DNA of 56,407 nt, filler included, from Sphacelaria rigidula (GCA_964200075.2; 2 parts of 2 records of this genome joined end to end with filler, not necessarily neighbours in it); one strand, 5' to 3'; shown: positions 28,145 through 40,760, counted from the whole stretch's first letter. Made by a program: numbers and translations. Notes: generated by a model not told the origin, from the sequence alone.

Positions 28145-28233
28145 ATGTGTGTGTTGTGTGTTGTCGTCCCATTTATTCTGGGCATCAGTCTACATCTTTC
28201 GATATATGTGGGTACATCAGCCGGGGTCACACA
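28145..28233 (-). repeat. Short dispersed repeat next to a (GT)n microsatellite, SINE/LINE 3'-end-like; second copy at 30950-31034
   Basis: gtgtgttgtcgtccca.ttattctgg....gtctaca.ctttcg.tatatgtggg at both loci. A microsatellite tail on the minus strand is typical of non-LTR 3' ends (inference). Confidence 0.6.
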
Positions 28234-28333
28234 NNNNNNNNNNNNNNNNNNNNNNNNNNNNNNNNNNNNNNNNNNNNTTAATTAATTAANNNNNNNNNNN
28301 NNNNNNNNNNNNNNNNNNNNNNNNNNNNNNNNN
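28234..28333. other. Artificial scaffold joiner (N44-TTAATTAATTAA-N44)
   Basis: Exactly 100 nt: 44 N, a 12-mer with stops in all six frames (28278-28289), 44 N. Confidence 0.95.
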
Positions 28334-28400
28334 TACAAAGCCGGGACGGAGCACGCCCGGTTTTCGCCGGACCAGGCTCGCACTCAAACCACCAAGCGCG
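28334..28400 (+). repeat. Dispersed repeat family A, head motif abutting the gap
   Basis: aagccgggacggagcacgcccggttttcgccggaccaggctcgcact..accaagcgcg. Confidence 0.8.
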
Positions 28401-31400
28401 GGGGGGGGAATAAAAATGGCACACCTCTCACGCGACCGATTGTGTTATTACGCGCAACCTTCTCTTTTTCTGAATTCCTTCACAGGAACGGCTGGTGGTC
28501 AAGGAGATGAAGAAGAAGGATCGGAAGTACTTGATGACGGAGGTCAAGGCGTCCATCATGATGAAGGAAAGGGGCGTACCCAACGTGTCGGAGGTGGTGG
28601 GCTACAAGACAGACTTCGGCCCCGAGTCCGACATCATGGTGATGAAGCATGCGGGCAGGTACAGAAGCGATTCTAACGCGGTGCCCTTCCACATAATGGA
28701 ATCCATTATTTCCCCGTCGAATAGGACAGCGGCGTGCCTGCCTCGACTTAAACAGCGCAGAGCAGCAGCACAGACGGGGTGGACATTTATGCTCTCTGCT
28801 GCCACGAGGGCCCAATAATCAATTGTCATTCACTATGCAACCGTGGCACGTTACGGTGTAGTTTCAAAACACTACCGCCAGAAATGATTGCCTTGTGGGG
28901 ACTCACTACAACACGTACTTGATTGTAGTTTGGCGAATTTTTCCACCTCTTTCGGTGACCAGAAATTGAGATCTCCCGATGCGTACGCACGGGGAAGCGC
29001 GAGGGTAAAAAGGTTCAGACGTTGACTCAACCTTTTCCACTCAACTTATGGGTAACTTCAACACCGAGCGCCTCCGCTCGACAACGTGGCGCGGCGATAT
29101 CCGGAACTACGGGTCGCGACTCTTGAGCGCTCCAGCTCTGTCGAAATCTATGCGCGAGATCGTGCATGCTCTCATAAATAGACGGCTGGCGTTGTATCAC
29201 ACTTTGCTCGTAGAGGTCCGGTCTGGGACGTAAATGGACACTCCAGTTGGCAGGGTTCCGCCGCTGTTTAGTTACTACGACAAGTGTTGACGTTCCGGTG
29301 GGTAGCGCGAGGGGGTTGTAGTTATGCGTTGCCACACACCAAATTCGAGTCAAGAAGGTCATTTGTGGGACGTTCTCTCTTTTTTGCACGCCGACTATGC
29401 ATGTTGTACTGCTACAGAGACAAGATAGCGGGTGTGCCTTCGTCCTTCAAATTGAACTCGTTCTGGAAATGATTTATTTTTTCTTCGCTCGTTCAGTCCG
29501 TTTTTTATATTATTTATGAGTATGCAGGCATTTGGAATCCTGTAGGTAGGTGGTTTGTGCACAAATGATTTGGGCAACCAAAGCAATCACAAGCTACCGT
29601 ACATTTTTTCCCACCCCAACGTCGCCCCAGCTACCGTACGACTCACCGTGATTTATTTCTTTGTCCTTTGTCGCATCGCACACGTGACTTTGCTTCGGCT
29701 TAACTGTGTGTGTTTGTGTATATTGTCTGTAGAACCACCCTCTGCGAGATGCTGACCGTGGACGATGGTACAAGATTCAAGGTCGAGATCCTGGACGCTT
29801 TTGGGCAGGTGCACTGCGTACGGTATAGTGCGTGGGTTCACACACTTCGACTTATTTCGTGTAGCGAAGGCACCCCCGACGACGTTGTTACTGGCGTTAT
29901 ATTCAGTCTCTCCGAACCAGTTTTTGGCTGGGTATGTTGGCGCTCGCACGCTTGGGACGACCAGGTAGATGTCGTCGCGCACGGGCGGCAGTACTGCACG
30001 TACCTTCTGACCGTGAAAAAACTCCACCATTACAGGTAACAGATCCGGATCGAGACTGAGCTTTGCTACCTCCCTTTCAAGCTGGGCAACACTTTGTATC
30101 GTACTGTCTTTGTCTTGCTAGGCTTTCCACCCGGCAGGCTCGGCCTGTTCTACAGTTTCATTGAAATGTGCCCCCTCGCCCATTCGCTTGCTCACTTGCG
30201 TGTATGACATAGACGACGTAGATATCTCGTGCTACGTACTGTACGTATGTTGACGTATAAACAACGATTTGATCTAGTACTGTACCTGGGAAGGGTACTT
30301 ACTCTCATGGGATTTTTTCTCGTCCACGTTGTGAGTCTCACACACACAAGATATGCATATATATATATATATGTATGTGTAGAATTTGGGCGAACACCAG
30401 AATAACACGAGACACTCTGCGCTTGTTTCTCCTCGTAGGTGATGAACACCCTCCTGATGCTTCATCTGGTGACGCCCCTTGCGCACGGCGACGTGAAATC
30501 AGAGAACGTCGTGATCGGTCTCCACGGCAAAGCCACGCTCATCGACTTCGGGTGCTCGACACGAAAAGCCGTAAGTCCTACGCGGTACACTAGCAATGTC
30601 GATCAGAAACAGCAGCAGAGACTCGCACTCAGCAGTCACAGCAAACACTCGCCTCCAGCTACCCTCATGTAGCGCTTTGCCTTTTTCGATGGCACAAGGA
30701 AGTCATGGCAAAAAACTCGTGCGATAACGTTTATTTCACCACGCAAGGGACGCGTCGTGCAGCTTGACTGTTACGGTGAGCGGCCCATGCCACAGAGTAG
30801 ACGGGAGGATAGGATAGGCGTCGAGTGTGTTAGTCTCCGAAAGACAGCGCGAGTGCCACTGTGAAGTTTCGTGTACAGATGCTTCACAGTGCACACTACA
30901 CGCGAGTACAAGTAAAAATCAGTCTGTTGGCTGCCTTGTGTGTGTGAGTGAGTGTGTGTGTGTGTTGTCGTCCCATTATTCTGGACGCCGGTCTACACCT
31001 TTCGGTATATGTGGGCGCGCTGCATTAGGGTCACTACTAACGGGTTATATTTTTTCACATTTTTCATCCATTTTCGGAGAATTTCGGAATTGCCCCCCCC
31101 TCCAAAACAATATTGCAGAAAGACCATTCAGCGCAAAACTTTTCTAGTAACATGCAATCAGTGTTAGGCTTTTCTATTCCTTGACCTGGTTGAGAAATGT
31201 GTTGTCACATATTTCGGGGAGGAAGTTTTCGTTTTTCCCGAAAACGTCGGAAACGTCTTGGAAAAAAGCCACGCCGTGATTAGTGGCCCTCAAAGAATCA
31301 TTCCAATTGACCGAGCACAAAGCCGTCCGTCAAGATTGCTGTCAGGTCGGTTTGCTCAGCTGTTTCCATTGTACGTCGAATGGGCTCCTCACATCACCCT

Positions 31401-31592
31401 CGCAGCATTGCGTTACCTTGCGATCCTCGCCATGCTCCGTGCGTTGTTTCCGTCCGGCCATGCCAACCTCTGTACGCAGGCGAACGGCTTGCACCCCATG
31501 CCCGGGATGAAGACGGCAGGCTACCTTTGCCCGAAGGATGTGAGTGTGCGCGACGTCAGCGATATCGAACCGTTGACACCTTAGCTAATCGT

Positions 31593-31877
31593 AACTCCCG
31601 CTGTGTTTGATTTGCTGTCCACCAGCATGTCATGTATGCCCTGCAGGAAGTGGCGCCCCCGGGCGGAGCACATCTTGTAGTCCACAAGGACGGCGTAAAG
31701 GCGGACTTGTACAATTGGATGGTCGACCTGGCATTGGACCACGCAATATCGACCATCTAGCTGTACAAGTCCGCCTTTAAGCCATTATTTTGCGCTGCGA
31801 GGTGTGCTCCGCCCGGGAGCGCCACTTGCTGTAGGGCATACATAACATCTTGTTCAACAGCGAACACAGCGGGAGCT
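31593..31877. repeat. Fold-back inverted repeat made of two copies of a kinase exon (arms ~130 bp, loop ~22 nt)
   Basis: 31593-31726 (+) and 31749-31877 (-) are both copies of the acceptor plus 5' part of exon 32023 (..ctcccgctg..ATGTATGCCCT..AAAGGCGGACTTGTACA..GATGGTCGA). Confidence 0.9.
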
Positions 31878-33454
31878 CCGCACCGTCAATTTTTGCACTA
31901 CTCGTACCCCGTGCGTTGTTTTACGACCACGTGTCAGGGTTAGGGCCCAAGCATGTTCAGCTTTGCTGTTTTCCTTGACACGTTTGTTAATCATAGCTCC
32001 CGCTGCGTTTGCTGTCCAACAGGAGGTCATGTATGCCCTGAAGGAGGTGGCTCTCCCGGACTCAGCACGCCTTGTAGTGCAAAAAGATGGCCTGAAAGCG
32101 GATCTGTATAGCTGGATGGTCGATCTGGCGTGTTACATGGATTGGTACACGCACGACTGGGGAGGGAATTTGAGCGCCGGGGTTGTCGGCGAAGAGGACA
32201 AAGGCGAGATGTGATCTTCAAAACATGTTTTGAACCAATAGTGGCTGGGCGCCGATTGCCTGGTGTTGCACCGAGGAGACGCGGTCGCAGCATACGAGGT
32301 CGTCGGTTCTGTGCCTCACTTTCTGGACTCCCGGCACGGACCCGGGGTTGGCCAAGAGGTTCCGATTTCACGCGTTGTCGTGCCCGCCACGATGGATCGA
32401 CTTCAAAGTATATGCATGACTTCTTCACGATGGCTGATGAGCGCCCGTCCCCCCTCCCCCTCTCTTACATGTTGATGGCTGTTGTGATATTGAAAGCGCT
32501 CTTCGACCTTGTCGTCGGCGTTGGGGCGGCCAGACTCAGGGACCGCTGGACCGTGGAGCAAGTGGTTAGCAGCGACTTCCTCACGGTGAGCATCCATAGT
32601 CGAGAATTTTTTCAGGAAACCCGTTTGGCCGGCCAGGCACTTGGTTAAACGTTGGGGTGGTGTTATGCGGCGACATGCGCCGGAGCCTAGCTTTGTGCCC
32701 TCGCCGTTCGTGTGCAACTGTCCAGCGTGATTCTTACGCCGTGTGTATTCTGATTGTTTCGGTGGGGTGTGTAGGGTGAAGTTTGTTTTACCCCGCGAGG
32801 AAAGCGGATCTGCGCTGTCGTTTCCGCACGACACGGTTTACTCCTGGTGGAACAAGCAGCAAAGTTTTGCAGCGGCGAGTTTCTCAACCCACCAGATATT
32901 CTTTCGCTGTCGCTGAATCGCCTTGTCAGAGCTGGCGCGCAACCACGAAAAACACGGACCCGGGCGACATGGTTACGCCGGAGAAACTGCAGCGTGTGAG
33001 AGAGCACGGCGCTGGAGGACTGGATGACGCGGTACCGAACCCAGGGGCGTCATCAGGAGGCGTGGGAAACCCGGTCGCGCCGTCACCGATGGGAGCAGCG
33101 GCAGGGGTGTATTTCGATGCACAGCCGGCGAGAGACCTCATTGCTTCACCGCAATTGGACGCTGCACCGGGTGCCACCGCTTCCCCTCCAGGTGCGATCG
33201 CAGCCGGTGGGGTGTACGGCAGGTCCATAGATTCACCCCCCGCTAGCGTTGGTGTGCCGTCCTTGCCGAGCAGCGCCGGTGAGGGGTATACCCCCAGTGC
33301 GCAAGAGACGGTGGCAGCTACTGCTCAGAAAACAGGCGAGGCTGGAACTGTAGATAGATCGGAATCGGAACGGGAATCTGGGGGGGGGATCGCGCGAGAG
33401 GAGCCGACGTGCATCCAAGAGGCGATGTGCACCTCGGGTGCCAGATCTGAAGAG

Positions 33455-33960
33455 GGGTTCAATGCTCGCCGACAGCCACCGCGGCCGACGAAGAAGGCGG
33501 GGTCACCAGATTCATGGGTATCAAGCGGGGATGTGGTGCACGACTCAGGGCCAAGCAAGAGGGCGCGCGTCGACGATGACAGGGAGGAAAAGCAGGAGAC
33601 ATCCGGCCGCAGCACGGGATCTGAGAGCGACTTCAAGGTCCGCCGACAGCCGCCGCGGCCGAGGAAGGAGGCGGGGTCACTGGATCCGTGGGGAGCTAGC
33701 AGGGGTGCGGTGTGCGACCGAGGACAGGGCGAGAGGACTCATGTCGATGGTAAAAGCGGGAATCAACAAGAGGCGACAGTCACCCGCAGCCGCAGGTCTG
33801 ACAAGGAGCTCAAGGCTCGCCGAGAGCCGCCGCGGCTGACGAAGGAGGCGGGATCACCGGACTTGTGGGGAACCAGCAGGGGTGCGGTGCGCGGTAACGC
33901 TTCGAGCAAGAGAGCGCGCATCGACGATGAAAGCGAGGAGCAGCACGATGCTGGGCAGAG
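33455..33960 (+). repeat. Three in-frame tandem repeats of ~175 bp (58-59 aa) in the kinase tail
   Basis: CGCCGA(C/G)AGCC at 33467, 33641 and 33818; peptides RRQPPRPTKKAGSPDSW / RRQPPRPRKEAGSLDPW / RREPPRLTKEAGSPDLW. Confidence 0.9.
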
Positions 33961-35524
33961 GCGCAAGCGTATCAATGGGTCAGGTGGGGGTGCACCGTGG
34001 GTTGGACCGGCAGGCGCCGAGGCGATGGCAGTGACAGGAGCACCGGCAGGGATGCCGCCAGGGGCGACGAGGGCGGGGGCGAGGGCGGGGGCAGAGGCAT
34101 TGGTTGGCTTCGCGCCGGCATCATCAGTAGCTACGGCGGACGTGGCACCACCTGTAGCGGCGGTGGCGGTGGCGAGAGAGGCGGCGGCGATTAACTTCAC
34201 GCCGGCAGCGTCGCCGGCACCGATGCAACAGGTATCGATAGCAACACGAATGTGTGGGTTAAACTTAGAAACTTTATCGTGTGTGCGCGCTCCAATTTCT
34301 CGGCACTTCGTTGAGTGATTGGAAGTGATTCTATACCACTGTAGAGGAACTATCTCGCTTACGAGCATTTCACATATAGCATATTTATTAGACGGACTCA
34401 CTGATTTAGCGGGAGTATTGCTACCCTGAGTCCGAGTAATGTTGTATACAGGTAGTCTTTGGCAACGGTTACGCTGTTGGCGCGATAAATGGTTCTCTTT
34501 GTATCTAGGTAAGTTTCCCTGTTTTTTATGGTGAAATATGAAAATCCAAGATGCTGCTCATGTGGAGAACGATTTTCGACAAACCAAAGTCTACTACAGT
34601 TAGCATTAGTTGTGAGGGCTTATTGACCGCCGTAACCCCCATCCTCACGAGCAAAAACAAAATCTCCTATGATGTTCCCAGATTCTGCGGCCAACATGAT
34701 AAATTGTTTGCTCAAGGTATATATATATATATATACATATACGAAGGCGATAAATGCTGAACTTCATGGATCTCGATAATGGAGATGAGTTCATGGGGAT
34801 GGGTTGGCCGATGCCAAACTATATGCCCAAACTGTAGACAGGCGTAGTCTAGTGCATGCACAGTCAAAATTCTGTGCAATTCGTACGGAGTGAAGTGAGC
34901 GCCATGTTTGTTTTGTTATCACGCGTTTCGGGATATTCACGGCGCTGTTTCTCGCATGGTGCAAGTGCACAATAGCTAGAGCAGTTCCCGGAGAACACAT
35001 CGCAACTCGTCGCGCTTGCTCTGGCATGTGCTGGTCGATGCGATCTACGAATCTGAGCTTTGGGTGCCCTTTCACAATGGGGACGAGCATGATTCTTTGC
35101 GGCATTTTCAACCGAACAAAATATTGAGGTCTTCATGTACCAAAGGGAGACACGACCCCATCACGATTAAATATATTGCTCTGTCTTGCAGAACTAAGGC
35201 CGTGGCTGTCATAAAAAACAGTTGGTTTCGTGTCGAAAACGCGCGGTCGAATCCGAATCCGTTCGTACCTGATACGCCCGCACCATTTATCTTCTCAACC
35301 ATCTGAGATCATAAATCCCGTGGACGTATCCCACCGCACGTTCTCGACGCCGAAACGTTTTGATGAGACACGACCTAAGAGCGCGGCCGGGATTTCCATC
35401 GCATGCCAACCATTGTTGTTACTGTCGTAGTTGTCCTCAGAAGCCAGCCGGGGATGGATACCCCTTACCTAGAGGGGAGATTGATTTGGCACGGCTCCAG
35501 TTCACCTTCGTCCCTCTCAATTTT

Positions 35525-35610
35525 GTACTTCTTGTTCTTCCTCCCGTCCATGTCCTTCTTACCCTCCTTATTCTTCTTATTCTTCTTATCCTTCTTATCC
35601 TTCTCGTCTT
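35525..35610 (+). repeat. Degenerate 9-bp (TTCTTATYC)n microsatellite in a kinase intron
   Basis: ttattcttcttattcttcttatccttcttatccttc; reads KKDKKDKKNKKNK on the minus strand. Confidence 0.7.
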
Positions 35611-36539
35611 GCATTTTTATTTGAACGTGTTTTTCGGTACGTGTTGAGCGTTTGCCCGCCATGCAACTCATACACCGGTAGTCACGTTATCTTTTGTACA
35701 CTTTTTTGGTTTGACTAATTTTTACACCCGATACCGTCACCCCTCTTTGCGACCGGACACACATGGTTCTCTCACAGGTGGCAGATACAGCAGGGGGTGT
35801 GACAGGTGACAGCGCGGAGGATCACAGTAGGCAGGGACGCAAGCTGAGGAAGCCCCGGGTGGTGAGGACTGGCATCAGGCGCAGCAAGCGCGTGAGGGGC
35901 CAACCACCATCGCCATGTGAGCAGCGATCGGCCCGTAGCTTCCTGGCGGGATGTCCCGATCTCCCGAGATGTCCCGAATTCCCGAGATGCTTGTGTTGAG
36001 TTTTTTTGTTGCATGTTGTGAGCCCATCACAAGGTAGTGCTGAGAAACAAAAACAACTGAAGCGATGTGTTCGGCTGCTTCACAACGGCAGTAGTGCCCG
36101 CGCTTCCACTGTATGAGTGTTGACAATGCGTTCCGTGTTTTGTTTTTTTCGCCAAGAGAGAGTTTGCCAAGTACGAACGTTGTTTTTGGCATCATGATAA
36201 TAAGTTGTCAGACATGCACGTACTTCACACTCTAAAATATAGATTACATTGTGAAAAAAAATGCGTACTGCGTACAGTATGGAATATATCTCCCATTGCA
36301 ATAGACGCAATAGTCTATACTGTACGCAGTACTCTTTTTGCCACTGTAATATACTGTCATTATCCAGGTTGTGACGTACTTCAAAAGTGCATGACCCACG
36401 TGTGTACCGTGCTGGTGATGCACAGGAGGTACATGTGCGCAAATCTAACTGCCCTCTTCCATGGCGAGAATAACATCGTCAGGGCTAGCGCTACGTTCGC
36501 CTAGAGTCTACACCGTGATAAGTACCCTGAGGGTGGAAT

Positions 36540-36780
36540 ATTGCAGGGTTGTGTTCTGCAGGGTACGGGTTTTGTACACCCGCGGCATTTGCCCCGGAAA
36601 CACCCGTATCCGACAGATCTGTGGGTTGCATAAACCTTTCATACCGGTGTCCGGCAGTTTTATGAGATCTATGCAAATTTCGTACCTGCAGCCGGATTAT
36701 ACACTTGAAGAAAAGCCTGGTTGCGCGTAAGGTTTCTGTACAACCTCTATGACGTACCCGACAAAACACAACCTCGGAAA
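36540..36780. mobile_element. Short TIR-bounded MITE-like element
   Basis: gggttgtgttctgcagggtacg at ~36546 pairs imperfectly with cgtacccgacaaaacacaacct at ~36753-36774. Confidence 0.45.
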
Positions 36781-39224
36781 AATGTCTTGATTCATTCCGG
36801 ATGACCGCTCTCTGCCTGCTCCTTTTTCTTTGTTTGTTTGTTTGTCTGTCTTTTTTCAATCCCAACGCACTTGTAAACATAGGAATTAAAACACTGTCGC
36901 ACCGGTCGGAGGAGGGGAGAAGGCTTCCACGTCCCGTTCACGTCACCGCTTTTTTTTTCTTCACGTGCTGGAGCAGCAGTGGGTAGGGGTGACGCGACCA
37001 TGGGGCGGAGGATGGGGTCGGCCGGGCTGTAGGTAGAAGAACTTTGGCAAAAAAAATAGAGAGAAAAGAAGGGGGGCGGGGGTCAACCCACAAAAAGTAA
37101 AAAAAGCGGGTTCACTCAATCAGCACACGAGAAAATAAAAAGTCAACGAAAAAGGGGGGGGGGGAATATATATATATATATATAATGAGCCAGAAACAGG
37201 GATAGGGGTCGGAGGGAGACAGCCACGAGTAAGCGAAAAATGGAAACAAATATTGATGTGTATTCAACTTGTCAAAAAAGGAACCGGGCGGAGCAAAGAC
37301 AGGATAACACGGCGGTAAAAGTAAAAACGGCTTTTGGTTTAATGGACGGGGAAGGCATAGGTTTGGCAGTTTGGTTTTGGTGGAGATTCTCTCGTTCAGC
37401 GGTATGCAGCACGTACTATACTGTATGCACAAATCTCTTGTCTCGAGAGCGGATGTCGAGGACCTACTCCATGCACCTACTATACATACTGCATCTGTGG
37501 GGAATAGGGGGGAACTATCTATCTGTGGCACCATCGCTCGAGATTCGAGAGCTGATTCTGGTGCGGCAGCGGGGCATACGGGAGGGGGCTGACAAACAGC
37601 AGACGGAGGACTACATACGAGCAACCGACCTACTTTTTTACGACAGCAAAACAAGAGAGCGGGGTGAAACAAGAACGCATTCATAGCGGGGCACGGAGGG
37701 CGGGGCAAGGCAGACCAGGATCGGGGAAAAGGGGGATGGGGAGGGGGGTAATTTCAGCGCTTGGCGGCTTCATGGACCAGCCATAAAGGTAAGCGTTGTA
37801 TTCTAGCTTATTTTTTGTCTTGCTTTTGTTTTTGGCACTGCAGGTAGTCACCGCGCACGACCGCACATCAGACGAATCTTGGCTCACAGCCACTGTATGA
37901 CATCCTTACCCATCCCCTAGCAAATGACAGCCTGTGCCTACCCCCGCACCCCGCACCTGGCTTGCGCGTGCCGGCACAAATGCAGCTGATCCATCTTCAC
38001 GAGCTTCATCGGCAAGAGCTGGGTGTAAGGTCTTGGAAGGTGCGTGATGAGAGGAGCGTGGAATGGCTCGTAGGCTCTCCTGCAACCAGCGATGACTGAG
38101 GTTTTGGCTGGACGACCAAGGGCGGGGTACGCACGGTACAGAAGAACTCGTCCATGAGGTGAGGGCTGCCTTGCGTTACCTGTTTGCCTTGTTTTCGGGT
38201 TGCTGGGTTTCTGTTTATGGATATGTTTCGGAGTGTTTCTGTTCATTTTGGTGTCTTGTGCTCGCGTTTTTGTGTTTGCTGTTCGTTTGATTGTCTTTAT
38301 GGGGCTTTTGTTATCCTCTGTCCGTTTTTCTTTTTTTGTTCCCGTGTTTTGTCGTCACGCGACCTCTTTTTCAAAGAAAAATCGTCCTTGCTCTCTTGTT
38401 TTTCTGCAGATATTCAAGGATTTTGTTTTTCATCGCAACTTCTTCGTCAGTGCTCACGGTCAAGCATCGTTTGGGCGGCATTCAAACATGATTCCACAAT
38501 TTTGGATATTGCAGGGTATCTGGGTTATCGACCACCGATATTAGCGAAAATTCCTGCGTATGCGGGGGTATCTGCGCCCTCAGAACACTCTACGCTGAAC
38601 CCTTTCAAGCGGAACCATCTTGCTTGGTACGGTTCCAGCGTCCAAAATGTGGCAGCGTAACCAAAGGCCACCATCGACCAAGCATTCACAACCATATCTC
38701 GCCAATAAAGGGGTGTTGGCGTCATGCTGTTGATTGCACGTATTGTGTATACCGTGGTGAGCAGGGTATTTCACAGCTCCGGCGTGGACGTGTGCCTGCC
38801 GTACTGTGAGGACATTGCGCTGGGTGTTAAGCTCTTGACTACATCGGAAAGTCCCATGTAGTGCTTTTGAGAACCATTTCGTGCAAAATAGCTCATTTTC
38901 TCTTGGTGCTTGAGAGGGTAGGTGGAGGATCTCGCCAGTCGGCAGAGGTGTTACACACAGTAGTATAATAGTACCCTGTACACTGTCGCCAAGTGAGAGC
39001 ACACGCGACTTCACGTGCAGCTGTATGCATTTTTTTTCTCGTCTTTTGTTTTGTTCTTCACTCTCTCTACAGACAACACTAGAGTATACTCGAAGGTATG
39101 ACAGACGGGTGCGTTGGTAAATCGACAAAACGGCCGACGTCCATCAGGCCGACTACCGTAGCAGTGTATAGGGGTAGGAAAGTCGTGTCCTTGGAGTCCG
39201 GATTTGCCCTTGCTGTATATTTGT

Positions 39225-40760
39225 CGTCGACGAGGAGGTGGGTACCGAGCGCGACGGTGCTGAGCGTTTTTTTCAGTCAAGTATCGCTCCCAAACCGTGT
39301 CGTGAAAGAACCCACCCACGTCTGGCACGGTGGCGAGGAAACTCGGCGAGGACGTTTGTTTCAGGGTGTTGTGGCGTGTCGTGTACTTTGCTGTAGTCCT
39401 AACGGACGACAAGTCGCTGTACCATGCACCTCGCGCGTGCTTTTGTTATTTCCATTTTGCACAAGTGCTATCTCCTACAGTAGTACCCGGTAAACTAGAC
39501 TACCACCGTAATGCGTACTAAGGGTCATTATAGCGAGACCTTCTTTTTTCTTCTCTGTCAGGTCCTTCGACTTTTTCGACTTTTTCGGAAATAATGGAAA
39601 CTTTTCCCCGATTTTTTCCCAAAAGCAAATGTCAAAATCAAATCCGACGAGATACTGTCGGAGTAATCCGTGGTCAGTCTTGAATGTATTTTTCATTGCC
39701 GCATCTGGTGAAGGAATCTGCTCTCACATTTTTCGCAAAGGAACTTTTTTTCTATCCCAAGAAAACTCGCAGATTTCTTTCTCCAAAAAAAGTCTCGTTA
39801 ATGAATGCCCCTAACAAGTATGTCATGCTTTGCATTGATATGTCGAAGAGCCCCGTACGATAGTCCGAGGCGTCGTACTGTGCGATGGATCAGAACATGC
39901 GCTTTGGGTCGGAAGGCAAAGCTGTACGTACGTCCTTGCTTCCTCGAATGTAGTTTCGTTCCTTTTGACCGGATGGAACCGTCGCGTACCGATGGTCAGA
40001 CGGCGATACATCATGGATCGGTTTCAGAAGGTTGGTTGGTTCGAATCCCGACAGCATGGCTCATCTTTGGTTCTTGCTTCTTTTGTAAAAAGCGCGAAAA
40101 TGTGAATTCACGGGGGGGGGGGGCGACGACAGTTGGCTGCCTGGGGGAGTGGTCATTATCTAATGTCCGATGGCGAAAAGCCGTCCAAGTACCGGGGGGG
40201 AAAGTCGGGCTGATCTCTTGAGACTGTCAAGCTCGTTCCGAGGAAGGAGAGGGATTGAAAATGGGACGAGGATATCCATTCACCGTTCATCCGACTGGAT
40301 TGATCAAGTGTGTGAGTGAAGCCTGCAGCAGTGGGTACAGTTTCAATCCGTGAGAATTCAGATCTAGCCTTGCATTCAGTCGCTTAGTGTTTCCTCAACA
40401 TTTTCAGTCACTCCTGTTGCATTCTGCATGACGATGAGTCAAGATGTTCTCGACGGGAGTAGCTTTCACTGCAGTAGGTGCCAGCTACTTCCTGCTTTTT
40501 GTTTGTGTACGCGAAAAGTTGCCGTCGCGAAGGCTCTCGTCCTGCGCACTATACCACAAGTTATTCGGATGACCTGAGCTGTATATTGTCGTGAACAAGA
40601 CGGTGGGTGTCGAGCGCGGCGGAGTTGGGCGTTTTTCTCTGTGAGAAGTCGTTTCAAAATCGTTTCATGACGGCACCCACGTTTGCCACCGGTGTCGATA
40701 AATACTCGGCGCGGTCGTTCGTTACCCGGTGTTTCGTGGCGTGGCGTGTGTGTTCATCTC
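39225..40760 (+). repeat. Diverged direct repeat pair (~170 bp) at ~39225-39390 and ~40590-40755
   Basis: ggtgggt..cgagcgcg.cgg.g.tg.gcgttttt...cacccacgt.tg.cac.gtg.cga...a.actcggcg.gg.cgtt.gtt....ggtgtt..gtggcgtg.cgtgt in both copies. Confidence 0.65.
39522..39811. mobile_element. Tourist/PIF-Harbinger-like MITE (290 bp)
   Basis: TAA on both flanks (39519-39521, 39812-39814). Imperfect TIRs GGGTCATTATAGCGAGAC and (reverse complement) GGGGCATTCATTAACGAGAC; AT-rich interior. Confidence 0.55.

Larger units (their letters stand above)
28486..35999 (+). pseudogene. Spliced Ser/Thr protein kinase-like gene, 5' part lost in the gap, probably pseudogenised
   Basis: Phase-consistent exons: 28486-28658 (LVVKEM...EV, subdomains II-III), 29733-29808, 30439-30570 (HGDVKSEN, LIDFG), 31480-31539 (GMKTAGYLCP), 32023-32585 (KADLYSW; RDRWTVEQVVSSDFL), 32930-34231 (low-complexity tail), 35778-35999. 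The 32023 exon has in-frame stops at 32212 (TGA) and 32239 (TAG), and subdomain XI lies in another frame. Confidence 0.75.

Noticed and set aside
31028-31289. Second Tourist-like MITE
   Set aside because: TIRs are weak, the flanks differ (TTA vs TCA), and the left end may belong to the adjacent SINE-like repeat.
37980-38810. Possible decayed plus-strand exons
   Set aside because: Splice-like signals are present, but with in-frame stops and no recognisable homology.
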